A stretch of DNA of 62,579 nt, filler included, from Choristocarpus tenellus KU-1152 (taxonomy: Eukaryota > Protista > Phaeophyceae): the NCBI GenBank assembly GCA_964200185.2. It is 12 parts of 12 records of this genome, joined end to end, with 100 filler letters (N's around TTAATTAATTAA, not from the genome) between each part and the next. Parts side by side here need not be neighbours in the genome. Positions count along the whole stretch, not along the records: positions 1 to 9,451 come from CAXNAD020003663.1; positions 9,552 to 13,376 come from CAXNAD020017718.1; 10 more parts are not named here. One strand, written 5' to 3'. This document shows positions 1 to 12,041 of the stretch, piece by piece. Numbering within the stretch: position 1 is the stretch's first letter; each line of letters begins with the position of its first letter. The notes under the pieces are model-generated. The model saw only the letters and a program-made list of their open reading frames with translations, searched no databases and was not told where the DNA came from. The position numbers and the translations under genes are program-made.

Positions 1-642
1 AGGGGCACTGGCAGACGCTGGAACAGTTCCCTACCAGGGCAAAGGCCTTCTGCTAGATGTTACATTTGCAGAGGTGCAGGCCACCTCCCATCTTGCACAC
101 TCATCCACCAGCAATTGATGTAGCTGCGACACTGCAGCTGAGGTGCGAAAGCACACCCACTATGAGGGCTCTTTTGATCCTCGTAGTTATAACCTCAACA
201 CCTTCGCGGTGGAATGTTTTGGGCGCCTTGGCAAGCAAGCGGAATGCTTCCTGGATGAGCTGGCTACACACATGGTAGGGGGGAGAGGAGCTGGTAGATA
301 TAGCAGGAAAGGAGCAGTTAAATCCCTGCTACGTCAAATTGTCTCAGTAACTACACAAGTCGCACTGTCTAGACGTGTCATGCTTTTTAAGCTGGAATCA
401 CCAGGGAGATGGGCACGGAGGGGTTTGTTGGATTCTTGGGATGCCTCCCTAGGTCCTTACCCTGAGACAGATTGGAGGCGCAGGAAGGCAGTGGTATTAC
501 ATAGCAATAAAATAGCAAATCAAATGTTTTTCACATTTATTTGTGATATATTTGATGTCCTTTAGGCTTCTAGTGACAATATGTATAGTTCTCATTGGTT
601 TCCTCACGGACATCTCCAAAATGTCAGAGGGCATAATAATAA
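1..642 (+). mobile_element. 3' fragment of an RLE-type (CRE/R2-like) non-LTR retrotransposon: endonuclease domain, 3' UTR and (TAA)n tail
   Basis: Translation GKGLLLDVTFAE...AEVRKHTHY...FAVECFGRLGKQA...IVSVTTQVALSRRV fits the restriction-like endonuclease C-terminus. One in-frame stop near 117. Ends gggcataataataat. Two further copies in the window. Confidence 0.8.
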
Positions 643-654
643 TATATAAAAATA

Positions 655-3155
655 CCTGATGGTTAAGACCAAACATACACATACGTTCACCATGTAACTC
701 AACCAGCGCCTTTGGGCGACGAGCCTTTACATGCGCTAAGCTTTCCAACATGCTCGTAAGCGCTTATCATCATACTCTAGCCAGAGGGGGCGCACCAAAC
801 TGGATTGGTTTGGGTCGATTTACATCACTCATGGCCTCAGACAGGTTTCATACCAAACTCCTTCAGTTGTCTGACGACAATTACGCCGACATGTTCGCCA
901 CAACACGTGACTTCCTGGGCTCTAAATGTGATATCGATGAGGCGTTGAAACACAGGGAATAACCTCTTAGAGTGGGCGATATTGACTCCATCAAGGGGGA
1001 GGATGTGAGTGAAGATGAGATCGCCAAAATCACAAACGCATACGGCGTTTTTATTAAGAAGTACCACTGGCTTCCACATGTGTATTGTCCACAATGCAGC
1101 GTCACCATCAGTAGAATGACAGAAGCTGAGCGAACATTTACTCATACACTCAGAGGAGAAAATAGCAAAACTTCGGAAAAGGTGATGACCGTCAAGATGC
1201 GATGGGGATCAGACCTCCAAATCACCTTTACTCAAATGTTAGATTGGGTTGGGCAGATGGCGATGATGGGGCATGTGATATCTGAACAGGTTGTACAAAT
1301 CGCCATGCTAGACTGTTTGGATGATGATTGCCAGATCACCTTACACTACCTTCAACTTCACAATAAAGGTGAGTGTTCGAGGGTGTCAATCCAAAACGCT
1401 CCTCATTCGCACCATTCCTCCTTGCTAAGAGAGGTAGCTGATCGCGGGGATCCTGGGAGCGCTCTTTCCGCGGGGACCGTGGACTCTTGGAAGAGCGTAA
1501 GGTTAGCCGAGGAGGCTGCCAAGGTGCGACTGGTCATCGTACAAACCCTGGGACGACAGGATCCCGTACCAGGGGAGTGGCCAAGGCATTTGAACGATGT
1601 TTCAAGTGTGGGTTGGCCAAACACACCGGTCCTTGCACATTTGAAGGACGGTGTTACGGCTGTGGGAGCAAAGGACACCAGCAGGCCGTTTGTCGCCAGA
1701 GGGCGATCTCGCTAGAGTCGGGGGGATAAATAGCTAGATAAGAGAAACCAGCTAGGAAAAGAGGTGGGAGGAAATCGAAAACCTCGTTAGCTGCTGTGCC
1801 TAATTATGGCAAGGTGAGCCAGAGTAATTTAGAGAGATAAATTTTTGATTCGGGGGCCTCCAACAGTGTGACGAAAGATCCAAAGTACATATATTGACTT
1901 CGCCACATGTCAACAAGGCTGCAAAATGACTGTAGTTGACAGTACATCACCATCCATTATGGGGTATTTGTTGGTGCACGTTTTGGAACAATTGAGTTTT
2001 TGAGCAATGCAGAGCAGATCTCTGTATGTTACGCTACGTAAGAGATCGTGCTGTTTGTACTGTGATAGCCCCTCACATTGATGGTCTTATGGTGGCCGGT
2101 ATGTATGATGTTTTGATTTGGGTTCGCTCTAGGATTAAGGAGCAGTTTTTAATGGAAGATTCTGGTGATCTTAAGTACTCTATGGGTTGTGAGGTTTCTT
2201 GTGACAGAATTGCAAGATAGTCGTATCAATCAGAATAAGATATTTGTCGAAGATTTGTTATGGATGGGGCAAAGAAGAGGGAGGTGCCCCATGATCTCTC
2301 AATAACTTAAGACAAAAGTGAGGATCATCCAAGTGTTGATGGATATACACTATACAGAGAGGGAGTTGGTAGTTTGATGTGGGCAGCTGTTATGACAAGG
2401 CTAGGCGTTGCAAATGCAGTTTTTAAGCTTGCTAAATACAGTAGTAACCCCAAAGTCACACGTTGGCATGCTGTTAAGTGTATTTTAGCATACTTGAATC
2501 GTGCCCCAGTGTTAGTTAGGGTTAGGGTTAGGGTTAGGGTTTTGATACTGAGTGTGAGTTGATTGCATGTGCTGGTGCTAGTTATGCTGTAGATTAGTGA
2601 CTGGAGGAGCAATAATGTCTGCAGTAGGAGCAATATCTTGGATGTCAAAGGTACAAAAAGGTTGTGGCTCTGTCTTCAACGGAGAGTGGGTATATAGGCC
2701 TTAGCAGTGTGGCACAGGAATTGCTTTTCTTGAGAAGCGTTTTTGAGTTTATTCATCCACAGTTTTCTAGATGTTGCATTGGCATGTTTGAGGATAACGA
2801 TGGTGCATGCAAACTAGTGTGAAATGCCACAAGGTCTACTAGAACAAAGCACATTCATGTCCGACATCATTTTTTGAGGTACTTAGCCAGAAAAGGAAAG
2901 GTTAGTGTTGTTTTTGTTGGTACTGCCAGCCAGACAGCTGAGGTGTTATTGACCAAGAATTTGCCAGTCCGAGTTTGTAGACGACATGTGAAGTTTTTGG
3001 TGAACATGTAAGATAACATGTGTGTTGTATTATTATTTTTTTAGTGTGATTGTTTAAGAGTTAATACTTGTTTTCAGCAAGGGGAGGGTGTTGAATAACC
3101 TAGTGTTACCCTTATACATTGTATGTGCTGATACAATTATATAACATAGTTTTGG
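655..3155 (+). mobile_element. Degenerate, internally deleted Ty1/copia LTR retrotransposon (gag, protease, RT, RNase H; integrase missing)
   Basis: Zinc knuckles RCFKCG..H..C and RCYGCGSKGHQQAVC (about 1595-1695); protease IIFDSGAS (about 1838-1860); RT YREGVGSLMWAAVMTR..WHAVKCILAYL; RNase H ALSSTESGY, FEDN, RTKHIHVRHHF; PPT aaggggaggg then TGTTG at 3089; 5' LTR end ...ccaaca at 750. Many stops and frameshifts. Confidence 0.92.
2511..2540 (+). repeat. Interstitial telomere-type (TTAGGG)4 tract inside the copia RT/RNase H junction
   Basis: gttagttagggttagggttagggttagggt. Confidence 0.9.
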
Positions 3156-3784
3156 TGGGGGGGCTTCGTTGAGACCTCTTATTTCAGTGATATGGAATGA
3201 TTTGCCCTGGGACTGTCTTCCTTTGCATTTGATGTTTATGCATTGCACTTGATGTGAGTTTGTTCCCAGTATGTCTTGCGTATTTTATTGCATGTGTATA
3301 GTCAAGTGACAGGTATCATGTAGTGCACAGACTGGCTTCGCAATACCATGTCGCTGTCTCCTACAATCCATGAAATCTCCCTAGTACATCACTACTACAA
3401 CTCACTGGAATACAGATGCTCTTCATATCTATGGTCAAATTGTAGCCTCGTGTGGAAACATTTTTGGGTACTTTCATTGTACAGGTCCTTAGCAATACCA
3501 TGTTGCGTCTCCCACAATCCATGAAACAGAAGTCAGCGAGAGTCTTAGCATATGGTAGTTCAGGTGGCTGTGAGGGAGTCAAGTAGTGGTAATCTTTTTG
3601 AAGAATCTCTTTAGGTTAGGTCTTGCGCTAGAGAAATTTCGTGGAGTACATGGTATTCCGAAGTATTTGGTAAGGACCTGCAGGAGAACTAACCCGCGAA
3701 TGTTTTGACGGAGAATACAATAGGAAGTAGTAGATTAATGGCTGATTTCTAGGACCCATACAAACCCTCTGGGTACCATCCTAA

Positions 3785-4044
3785 GAATCAAAGTATCTTA
3801 GAGGGTAGAGCCGCGTCCGTTTGGGGGTCAAAATCCAATGTTGCGATTTTGATGCAATTTTGGCTATCTTGTTTGTTAGGAAGTCTCAATATCCTTGTTC
3901 CAGACACATCTTTTCGTAACGTATACATTTTACCTACTCCAAAATATTTTGGAGTAGGAAAAAGTCATAAAAAACCCCCGTGGGAAGTTAACCCCCAAAC
4001 GGACAAAAAGGGAAAAACTCGTACCCTCTATGATATATTCACCC
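3785..4044. mobile_element. MITE family B copy
   Basis: Left TIR gaatcaaagtatcttagagg, right end ccctctatgatatattcaccc; subterminal gcgtccgtttggggg / cccccaaacggac; flanks taa/tga; homologous to 48983-49163. Confidence 0.8.
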
Positions 4045-5194
4045 TGATATACTGGGGCTATGTGCGGAGAAGGAGGAGAATCAAGCTCTCACCTCGGACA
4101 GAGGAGAGGAAAGTACGTGTTCCCAGGCTCTTTGTTGAACATTTGGGGTCCTTTAAGGAGGAAATTTCGAAGGAGAGAATGTTTGCCCAAGTGATAGATC
4201 AGCTAAGTTGGGGTGGTAAGGTGACCTTGACTAGGATCAGAGTGATGATGGATAGAAACCAGCAAACCGTGGCAAGCTAGTTGCCCATGCCCAGAAAGAG
4301 ATGACAAAATATGTCAAGACAGAGGACAAAAATTTGGAGAGAGGCACATTCAACCTGATGAGTATTCTGGACGAGTTGAAAGATACCGACCAGTTGGCGA
4401 GACGAATGGATGCAATTTAGAGGAATGGATGAGGTTTCTTTGCAGGAGGATTACGAGGTGTAACTTACTGTGAAATATGGTAACAATGGCAATATCGAAG
4501 TTGATGAATCTGAGCATGTTATCACCAATTGATATAAAAACTAACCAGCAACATTCGGAGTACTCCAAGTGCACTCAGAGTACTGCAAACATTCAATTTA
4601 TCAAAATGTTCTGCGCTGCCAGCCAAGATGATTGAGCAACCTAAAACATATCCTATGACTCCTGTGTATATCCACATCCTAATGACATAGATTTCGCACC
4701 ATGAACAGTCAAAACAGTCTGGTATCCGAAAACAACAAAATCGCCCCCAAAACAGAAATGCCCCCCGTGCACAGATAGTGCAACCTGTTGCATGCTGTAT
4801 TGTGAAATCGAGATGCCAATATAGCTTGATTGACGCGTTAGGATGTCAGGTTTCCTTCCATATTCATTTCATGGGATGAATCGACAGTTAGCAGATTTTA
4901 TAGGGTTTTGAACGCTTCTAGTCTGCTTTGTGAGACTGAAGTATTTTCTCCAAATTCGGTCTAAAACGGAATGAATATTGGGTTCCACGTGGAGTTAGGA
5001 CCTCCAGCCAACTGTATTAGATACTGCTTGCCCACACGATTTCCATCCAGCTTTTGTTTGCTGTCTAACTCGAAAAATCTGGAAAGTATTCTATATAACT
5101 TGAATACTACGCCCCTTAGTAAAGTCGTACCTTGGTATACTTTGTACCCATTTTGAGGTCTAGAGAGCAAGAAGTTCGAACCGTGGAAGATACA

Positions 5195-5615
5195 GAAGGG
5201 CGTTGCCCGCACACTTTAGCCTTTCTCGTCTGCCCTCATCTGCAAGAAATATCGTAAGAGAGGTTAAGCATGACCTATGCCCTATTTTCTCCGTACTGTC
5301 AAGCAGCGTTTACTCAGGGATACCAAGTTGCAACGCCAAGGCACAGTGGCTTGTGCCGTTATATATTGGATCAGTTCCCGACCCTCCCGTAAATCATCAA
5401 TGTTAATACCCTTGCGCCCCGAATTCCCTTTCCATTACGACCCTATGTCGGGATCCACAGCACCAATATCCTTTTTGGTCATTCTAGAACTTCCGCATTC
5501 TCACGATTGTCTTCCGATCGATGTCAAACTTCTCGACTTGCTCGGTGTTGCCATGGACAAAGAACCCTTTTTTTCTACGTTGAAGGATCTCCACGATCGC
5601 GACCTCCCTTAACAA
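5195..5615 (-). pseudogene. Plant/oomycete-type (DD39D, Stowaway-related) mariner transposase N-terminal remnant
   Basis: Minus-strand REVAIVEILQRRKKG..HG..EKFDIDRKTI, then after a frameshift KGNSGRKGINIDDL..ALALQLGIP..L..EGRRERLK, with stops. Confidence 0.7.
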
Positions 5616-6831
5616 ACTTCAGAGCCGCTCAATTAATAATCTTGGGCATCTTGTGGTTGATGATGGGACGAGAGATGAGGGGGAAGGCCTCTAACTGGGA
5701 ATTTTAAATTTAAGCCTTGTTTTTTTCGAGAGTCGTTTTCCTCTGTTCTCACCAAACTAAAATGGAATATCCTGATTTATACCTGAACTGACACGTGAGA
5801 GAGGGTTCTCTTCAACATTGTGATATCGGTTTGATCAAATCCATTATTAATATTTTTTATTTTTGCATCACTTTTATTTGTACAGGATGATAATCTATTC
5901 ATTTTCAGATGGGACTGCAAAGAAAGGCACTACATACATACTCATGGACTACTTCTCATACTACCAACTACTGACTAATAACTATTGCAGGACAAATTTT
6001 ATTGTCTCCATTCATACATTTTTCTCTGGCATTGGTTCAACACTTTCCGGGTCATCGTCAGATCATTGCTCCATCTCCTCCCTCGAATCTTCTCTTCTAG
6101 CCAGTTTTCCACCTTCTTCATCTACATGTTGTGGAATAGTGGCTTGCCACATGGAATATAGCATAATTGAAAAGATATTACTACTGCTAATACTAAATGT
6201 GTACAGGAGTCTATCACTGAAAGCGTTCGAACCTCAGAAACTCGCAGAGGTACTTGCGACAACGAAATATTTGTCGTGTCAGGGGAAAAAACAAGTGAAA
6301 CCTGTTCACATTCAGAGAAATCCCTATTATATATAGTAAAAGTAACAGCTCTCGTAAAATGTGAAGAAAGACGTTAATCTATTTACTATTTTACCACAAA
6401 CTATCTATGCTGTACCACTGCCTTCTTGTGCCTCCAATCTACTTAGTCCTGCACCCGAGGGTGAGGACCTAAGGAGTGTCCCAAGAATCTAACAAATCCC
6501 TCCCCGAAACTATCAATGATATATGTCAAGTCAAAGGGATAATATAGTTTAAACAAGGGAAATAATATAAATGTCCACATGTGTATCAACATTTCCTGAT
6601 ATTATATATTATATGTAGAAGTATGGTGTACTATGATAATATATGGAAAAACGAAAAATCGGTACCTGAACGATAGACCGAAAAAGAGCAAGTTTATTGT
6701 GTTGAGGAAAGCTATTATCGAACAAAACCGAAGGGTGAAAAGTAGGTTTGGGGTCCTCAATGCTCATGTTCATATTTGCAAGGCAAGGACATAGCTCCTT
6801 TGCTCTCTAGGCACTCCTTCCAGCTGGAATC

Positions 6832-8655
6832 ATGCGTCCGTTTCAGATGCTAGCTCAGCTTATGGTGGTAATACTGCCGCTCGCGGGGGCGTTCATCCAG
6901 AGTGTGCGTCCAGGATTCGCCACTTCAAGGGGGGGAAGGTGTCGGTAAGTGGGAATGTTTCCACTCTGAGTTACATCTCTGCTGATGGCATCGATTGGAA
7001 AGCTAATTGCTCTACCCTCCCTGAAAATTTCTCTCTCAGTGATGCGTGGAGCACAAATGTACAGATGGTATCGACGGCCACCGAAATCGACGCCACTGCG
7101 CAACTTATAGAGCAAGCCAGATCCATACTCAAAACGGCCACCACAACGAACTATCAGGAGCCTACAGATGTTTTGGCAGCGATCAGGTGATAAAGCTATT
7201 TACAGTTCGGCCCTAGAACTTCTTCTCGTTTTATGGTATGCAGGAGGTTGTGTGAGGGTATTAATCAGCCAGCAAAGGCGAAGGAACAGGAAAACTAGAC
7301 GCGTGTCGAAGATGATCTGGTATCACCTGTGCTTCATTTCTCTTCTGTACGCACATAATTAGAAGAACGACGCGCACATCTTTTCTTGTGCACTTACCCC
7401 ATCTTCCGCATCGTTCTCAAGGGTCTTGGAGTTGACTTTCCTGATGGGAAGGGTAGGGGATACCGAAAGAGTCATCACTCCTACTGAACTCCCTGTCGGC
7501 AACTGGGAGATGGCTTTGAGCGTGAACACGGACGAGATTGCCTACTCAGACCTGAGGAGGGTCCAGGTGTGTCCTTACGCTGTTTTTTGTTTCTATTAAT
7601 AGTTCATTTCCCCCGTGCCAAGGCTTCATACCCCCCCATTGAGGGAATTAGTGCACGGAGGGATGGCTGGGAAAGCACTGATCGATAAAGAAGTTACTTG
7701 TCGCTCCAAGTGCTTCATTATCCGCTCATTCCTTGATGTTGTTCTGCGAATATGTAATAGTTTTATGATGTAGAGTTGCAAGTATTTGATGTGTGGATTA
7801 GTCTCAGTCTGTATGAAGGGCAATACGGCTCTCGGCATTGGACCCTACCGTCTTACATCTATGTAGGCAATCCAGCGTCACGGTCAAGAAACGTTTGTAG
7901 ACTATGGACTATGCGTTTCCAAGTAGCCTTTAGGTCCTGCACCAATCCCTCAATGCAATTGCCTCTCCATGTATCGCTCTATTGGCATTGCACAATGCAT
8001 TTCATTGATGTGAAGGATTTTTTTTGGTCAAGGTGACCAGGAGTGGTGCCTGAGCGCAAGGAGGAGTAGAGTGTTGTCCTTCCCTCTGTTGTGCCTCTGT
8101 TGTTGAATAACTTTTGCTGGATTCTTCACCAAACCGCTAGACCCGAAGTGGGAAATAGTCTTCAATAATTGAACCCTGTTTGCACATCACAGGGAAGTTC
8201 AGAGAGGGGAGATAGGGCAGATCGGTAAATCATCACAGCAGACACTAAACCTTGTTTATCCACATCCGACTACTAGAGATGGTCAATAGAAATTTCTGAT
8301 TCTAAATTACATTAACGCATACTTCCACCTCATTTCCCTGCTTCTCGTAGAACAACATTTCATGCACTAGGTAGCCATAAAAGATTTTCACCACAAGAAC
8401 TGTACAGGGCATCCCTCCTCTTCCTCTGCTAATCCTGTACTCCGTCCTGAGTACCCTCCAGCCCTTGACTCCCCCCCCCTTGCTGCTGCCCAGAAACCAT
8501 TAATCTTATTCTGCTCCATCCCGTTTGCACAGACAATTGAGGACAATGGAAAGTGGACCTTAAAGTGCTTTTCAGGAGATAGTGCTATTGCGCAGTTCAG
8601 TGGTCCCTACGATTTTCATTCAGAAAGGGCTCGCTTTGGTTTTGGCCTCAGTAAG
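6832..8655 (+). CDS. Plastid-targeted protein, probably PAP/fibrillin-like. Exons 6832-6944, 7040-7186, 7422-7566, 8533-8655; 3' end uncertain (possible exon from 8947)
   Basis: Signal peptide MRPFQMLAQLMVVILPLAGA-F followed by a transit-like segment; canonical GT-AG sites with consistent phases; DVLAAIRVLE..GNWEM..QFSGPYDF resembles algal fibrillin-like proteins. Confidence 0.65.
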
Positions 8656-9451
8656 GTGAGAAAGGAAATGATAGCAAGGAAGAATGAGTGGCAGTGCTTA
8701 CTGCTGGAATGAATATAAGGGCTTGTTACTCAAGTTTCTCGCAGGATTGGATTGCTGTGCTTCCCCCCCCCCTCCCCCCCCCTCATTGCTATACTCTTTT
8801 CAATTTTATTCATGTACGACAGAATTATTTTCAACTTTTCTCACCTGTAATGGAATGGAGTGATACTTTCCTATCATATTTGTAAGGCGTTAGATTGTTC
8901 ACATGAGTGTCACTACTGTAGACACTTGACTGTCACCATTTTGCAGGTAGAATCGTTGCAACAGCTTTACCAAATGTACCTCTGTGTGCTAGAACGGCAC
9001 TGCTGAGACCCTTGACTGCAGGTATCCACACCAACACGCACACGTGATTCTCCTGTTCATTCTTGTTCTTCTTTTGTCTTGAATTGACCTTGGCTAAAGC
9101 CTCAAGTATTCAATGTTGGAAAAAAAACCCTCCCAAGGTTACGACAACCCCTTCCTTTTTTTCACATGTCAGGGGGAGAAGGGTTGCACAGGTTGATGAG
9201 CCGACAGTGAACCTTCAAATAGTGTAACTTTAGTTTGTGTATGCATGGAGCTCATCCTGTAGGGAGGGTTTGCCGACCACATTTGTGGTTCAGGAACTGT
9301 TTGCAACAAGCTTCTCATGCACATTTTCAGATATTCCAGAGTTCGGTCATTTTGTTTTTGCCATCCATGATTGTAATCTCTATTTCTGTTCCTGAGGCCC
9401 TCCCTGCCCTGTTCCTTCCTCCTGATGCTTCATCCCTGTTCCCCCTCCTCC

Positions 9452-9551
9452 NNNNNNNNNNNNNNNNNNNNNNNNNNNNNNNNNNNNNNNNNNNNTTAAT
9501 TAATTAANNNNNNNNNNNNNNNNNNNNNNNNNNNNNNNNNNNNNNNNNNNN
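9452..9551. other. Artificial contig linker N44-TTAATTAATTAA-N44. Identical linkers at 13377-13476, 17773-17872, 24554-24653, 28547-28646, 33089-33188, 37692-37791, 41422-41521, 49783-49882, 54404-54503 and 59932-60031
   Basis: The same 100-nt spacer with stops in all six frames occurs 11 times, and genes and elements are cut off at it. Confidence 0.98.
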
Positions 9552-9576
9552 CCCCCCCCCCCAGATACTTTGGGTC
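9552..9576. mobile_element. MITE family A terminal fragment at the contig start
   Basis: cccccagatactttgggtc matches the right TIR of 21334-21514. Confidence 0.7.
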
Positions 9577-12041
9577 TCGAAGGGTCCTACCTGGTCCATT
9601 TTCCAACGGGAATCCGGTTATCGTCACATCACCACAAACTCAAATTGCCTTGTGGCAAATTCTTTACACCAAATGCAGCCCAAAACATGTCACTGTGGGT
9701 AGGTTTTTGCAAGCTTTCACGTAGACAGGATTGTTCGCCTTTTTGCTTCTATTCCCAATGGAACTGGGTAATTGGGTATGTCTTCTTTTCTGATTGGGTC
9801 ACAACAAAAATAGCACAATACCATTGAATAAAAAAGCAGATGAGGGGGTGAGGGTTGAAGTTCATTGATCGGTGTTTTGGCTTTGAATCAGATATGCGTA
9901 TGTCCAGTTCAACATAAATTAGGAAGATATCTCTATGTATGACAATAGTACCTGTAGTATGTGAAACAGTTGGAAATGGGCAGACAGGTTCTTCAGATTG
10001 AAAGGGAGGGGCAAGACCCACAGGAGGAATGGAAAGGAGAGAGAAGTCAGGGGAGTGAGCAATCCTCATAAGGTCAATCAGGGAGGGAGTGGAGACGGAA
10101 AGTGAATGAGGGGGGGTTGTAAGATCCACCCAAAAACCCCATTTTGATGTCATCAGGAAGCCATGCTGATGTTATACGAGGAAACAAACATTGAGGTATA
10201 CCTTCTACAGGGAGGGCAATTTAAAGGTAATCAGGATTCTGGCTATCACAACTATGATCGAATCAAGGTATATTGCGTTGCCAAGGTAGCTGAGGGGTGG
10301 TCTTGGCCGTCGCATGTGTTGTTGATGTAGGGTCGTTGGACTGTTGTGTGTGTAATATTTCATGTGCAGTTGTAGAAGTAGAGGTTGAGCACAATAAACA
10401 AACAGGAAAAGAAGGTTAATTGTTTTTTATTATGCTTTAGTGGTTTCGTTTCATGATTCATGATATTGTATCTTCTAAACGATATAACTTAGATGTTGGG
10501 AAGGTCTAACCAATCCGTCCTGCGTATAAATGACGAGATATATTTATTGCTGGAAGGCCCTTTCTGGGCATGGCGAATTTGAAAACGAACAAGGAGAAGA
10601 CTTTCAGAGCACGAGAGTCCTATTGGCGGGTTTCTCATGGAGAACAACATGTGCGTAACTGTTTTTCTTCGACCAACCCCTTTTTACGTTCAGGAGGACG
10701 CACATCTGGTTCTTGAGGGGGACCAAGCTCGACGAGGAGCGGATAAGCATATCTCGAGCCTACTCAGAGTCTAGTTGAACAATCTCTTGAACCCAGAAGA
10801 CTCGAAGGGAACGTCAGCTAATTGTACCAAGGTTCAAGTACGAAGAGCATTTCCGGCACCTGCTGACAAGAAATCGTTGGTTGCTGACAATCTTTGAAAT
10901 CATCATCGCCCCGTCCACCTCTCAGATTGATGTACGATTGCGCGATATCACATCATCTTGCACCCTTCTCCTCTGCTCTCCCTGCAGGCCTTTGCCTCCA
11001 ACTTCACCTCTACTAACCGCTCCTTTGCCCAATCAACCAACCAGTGGAGGGGGAGTGACAACTTGCAATCATTGTACATGTTGCGTGGCGAGAAAGGGTA
11101 GAATGACCATCGGATCTGCGCCCATAACTCGTGTTGTTATGTGAGTGGCATTACCATCCCAAGACAATCCGCATTATCCCTGGTTGTTTTGGTATGTACC
11201 CACCGCAAGTGCTTGCTCGGTTTATAAGGCGAGGCGCATTTCATCATCAATGAGGCACCTCTAGTTATAGTGTATACTCCAGGGTATTTAACATGTTATG
11301 CGATATCAACCCAGGTGAGTCCGGTGTACGGTGCCTTCTCGTTGAAATCTGTGATATGATCATAATTGTCAGACAGTAATGTAGGGTCCCTCACCCAAAA
11401 TATCCTTCTCATTTTCTTAAATGTGTTTAGGTCGCTATTAATACACAAGAACAATTACATGGCACACGAGATTTATTATGTCGAAGTGATTCAAAATAAG
11501 AAGCTCGCTTCTGGAGCAAGGGGTATACTACCATACCTTGTCTCGTTTGTCTTGGCTCGCTTATATTCTACAATAACCTTCAGAAAAGCTCAGGATTGCG
11601 GAGTGAAGAATGATGGTAGGAATTAGTGATTTCGGGACCATAGGGAATTCGGGGGTACCGAAATGATTGATGGCAAGGGACCACCGACACAATCCATGAC
11701 TGTCATTACGTGCTGAACTTTATGAGATGACATAACTTTGTTCAGGTCCTAACCATAGGTGAGGTTAGCTTGGAGCAAGGGCAGTTGTTTGGTCGTCCTT
11801 GTTTATTTTTGGGGAAGGTAGAAGGTCTACCAAACCACTACGGAAAAACTGGCCGTGGAGAAGGGCCAGCTTATCCTCTCTGTTCCTGCTTTGTGTGGTA
11901 GCTGGCCAGGAGTGCCACAATATCTGGTATTGATTGGTACAGGTTAGTAAGTAGTAATGCCCAATTAGTGCAGCAAAACAAAAAGGAAAGTACGTGTCTT
12001 AGTATTTCTGCTGACTCTGCAATTGCCATGTTATTTCCAAG

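Noticed and set aside
4354-4385. Hammerhead ribozyme core (ctgatga...gaaa)
   Set aside because: Stem II is followed by GAG rather than GAAA, and no convincing stems I and III are present
6928-6940. Programmed frameshift at the G run
   Set aside because: A canonical GTAAGT...CAG intron (6945-7039) explains the frame change
9496-9507. TTAATTAATTAA as piggyBac TSDs or a regulatory motif, and ORFs ending in XXXLIN
   Set aside because: Artificial linker, identical at all 11 joins
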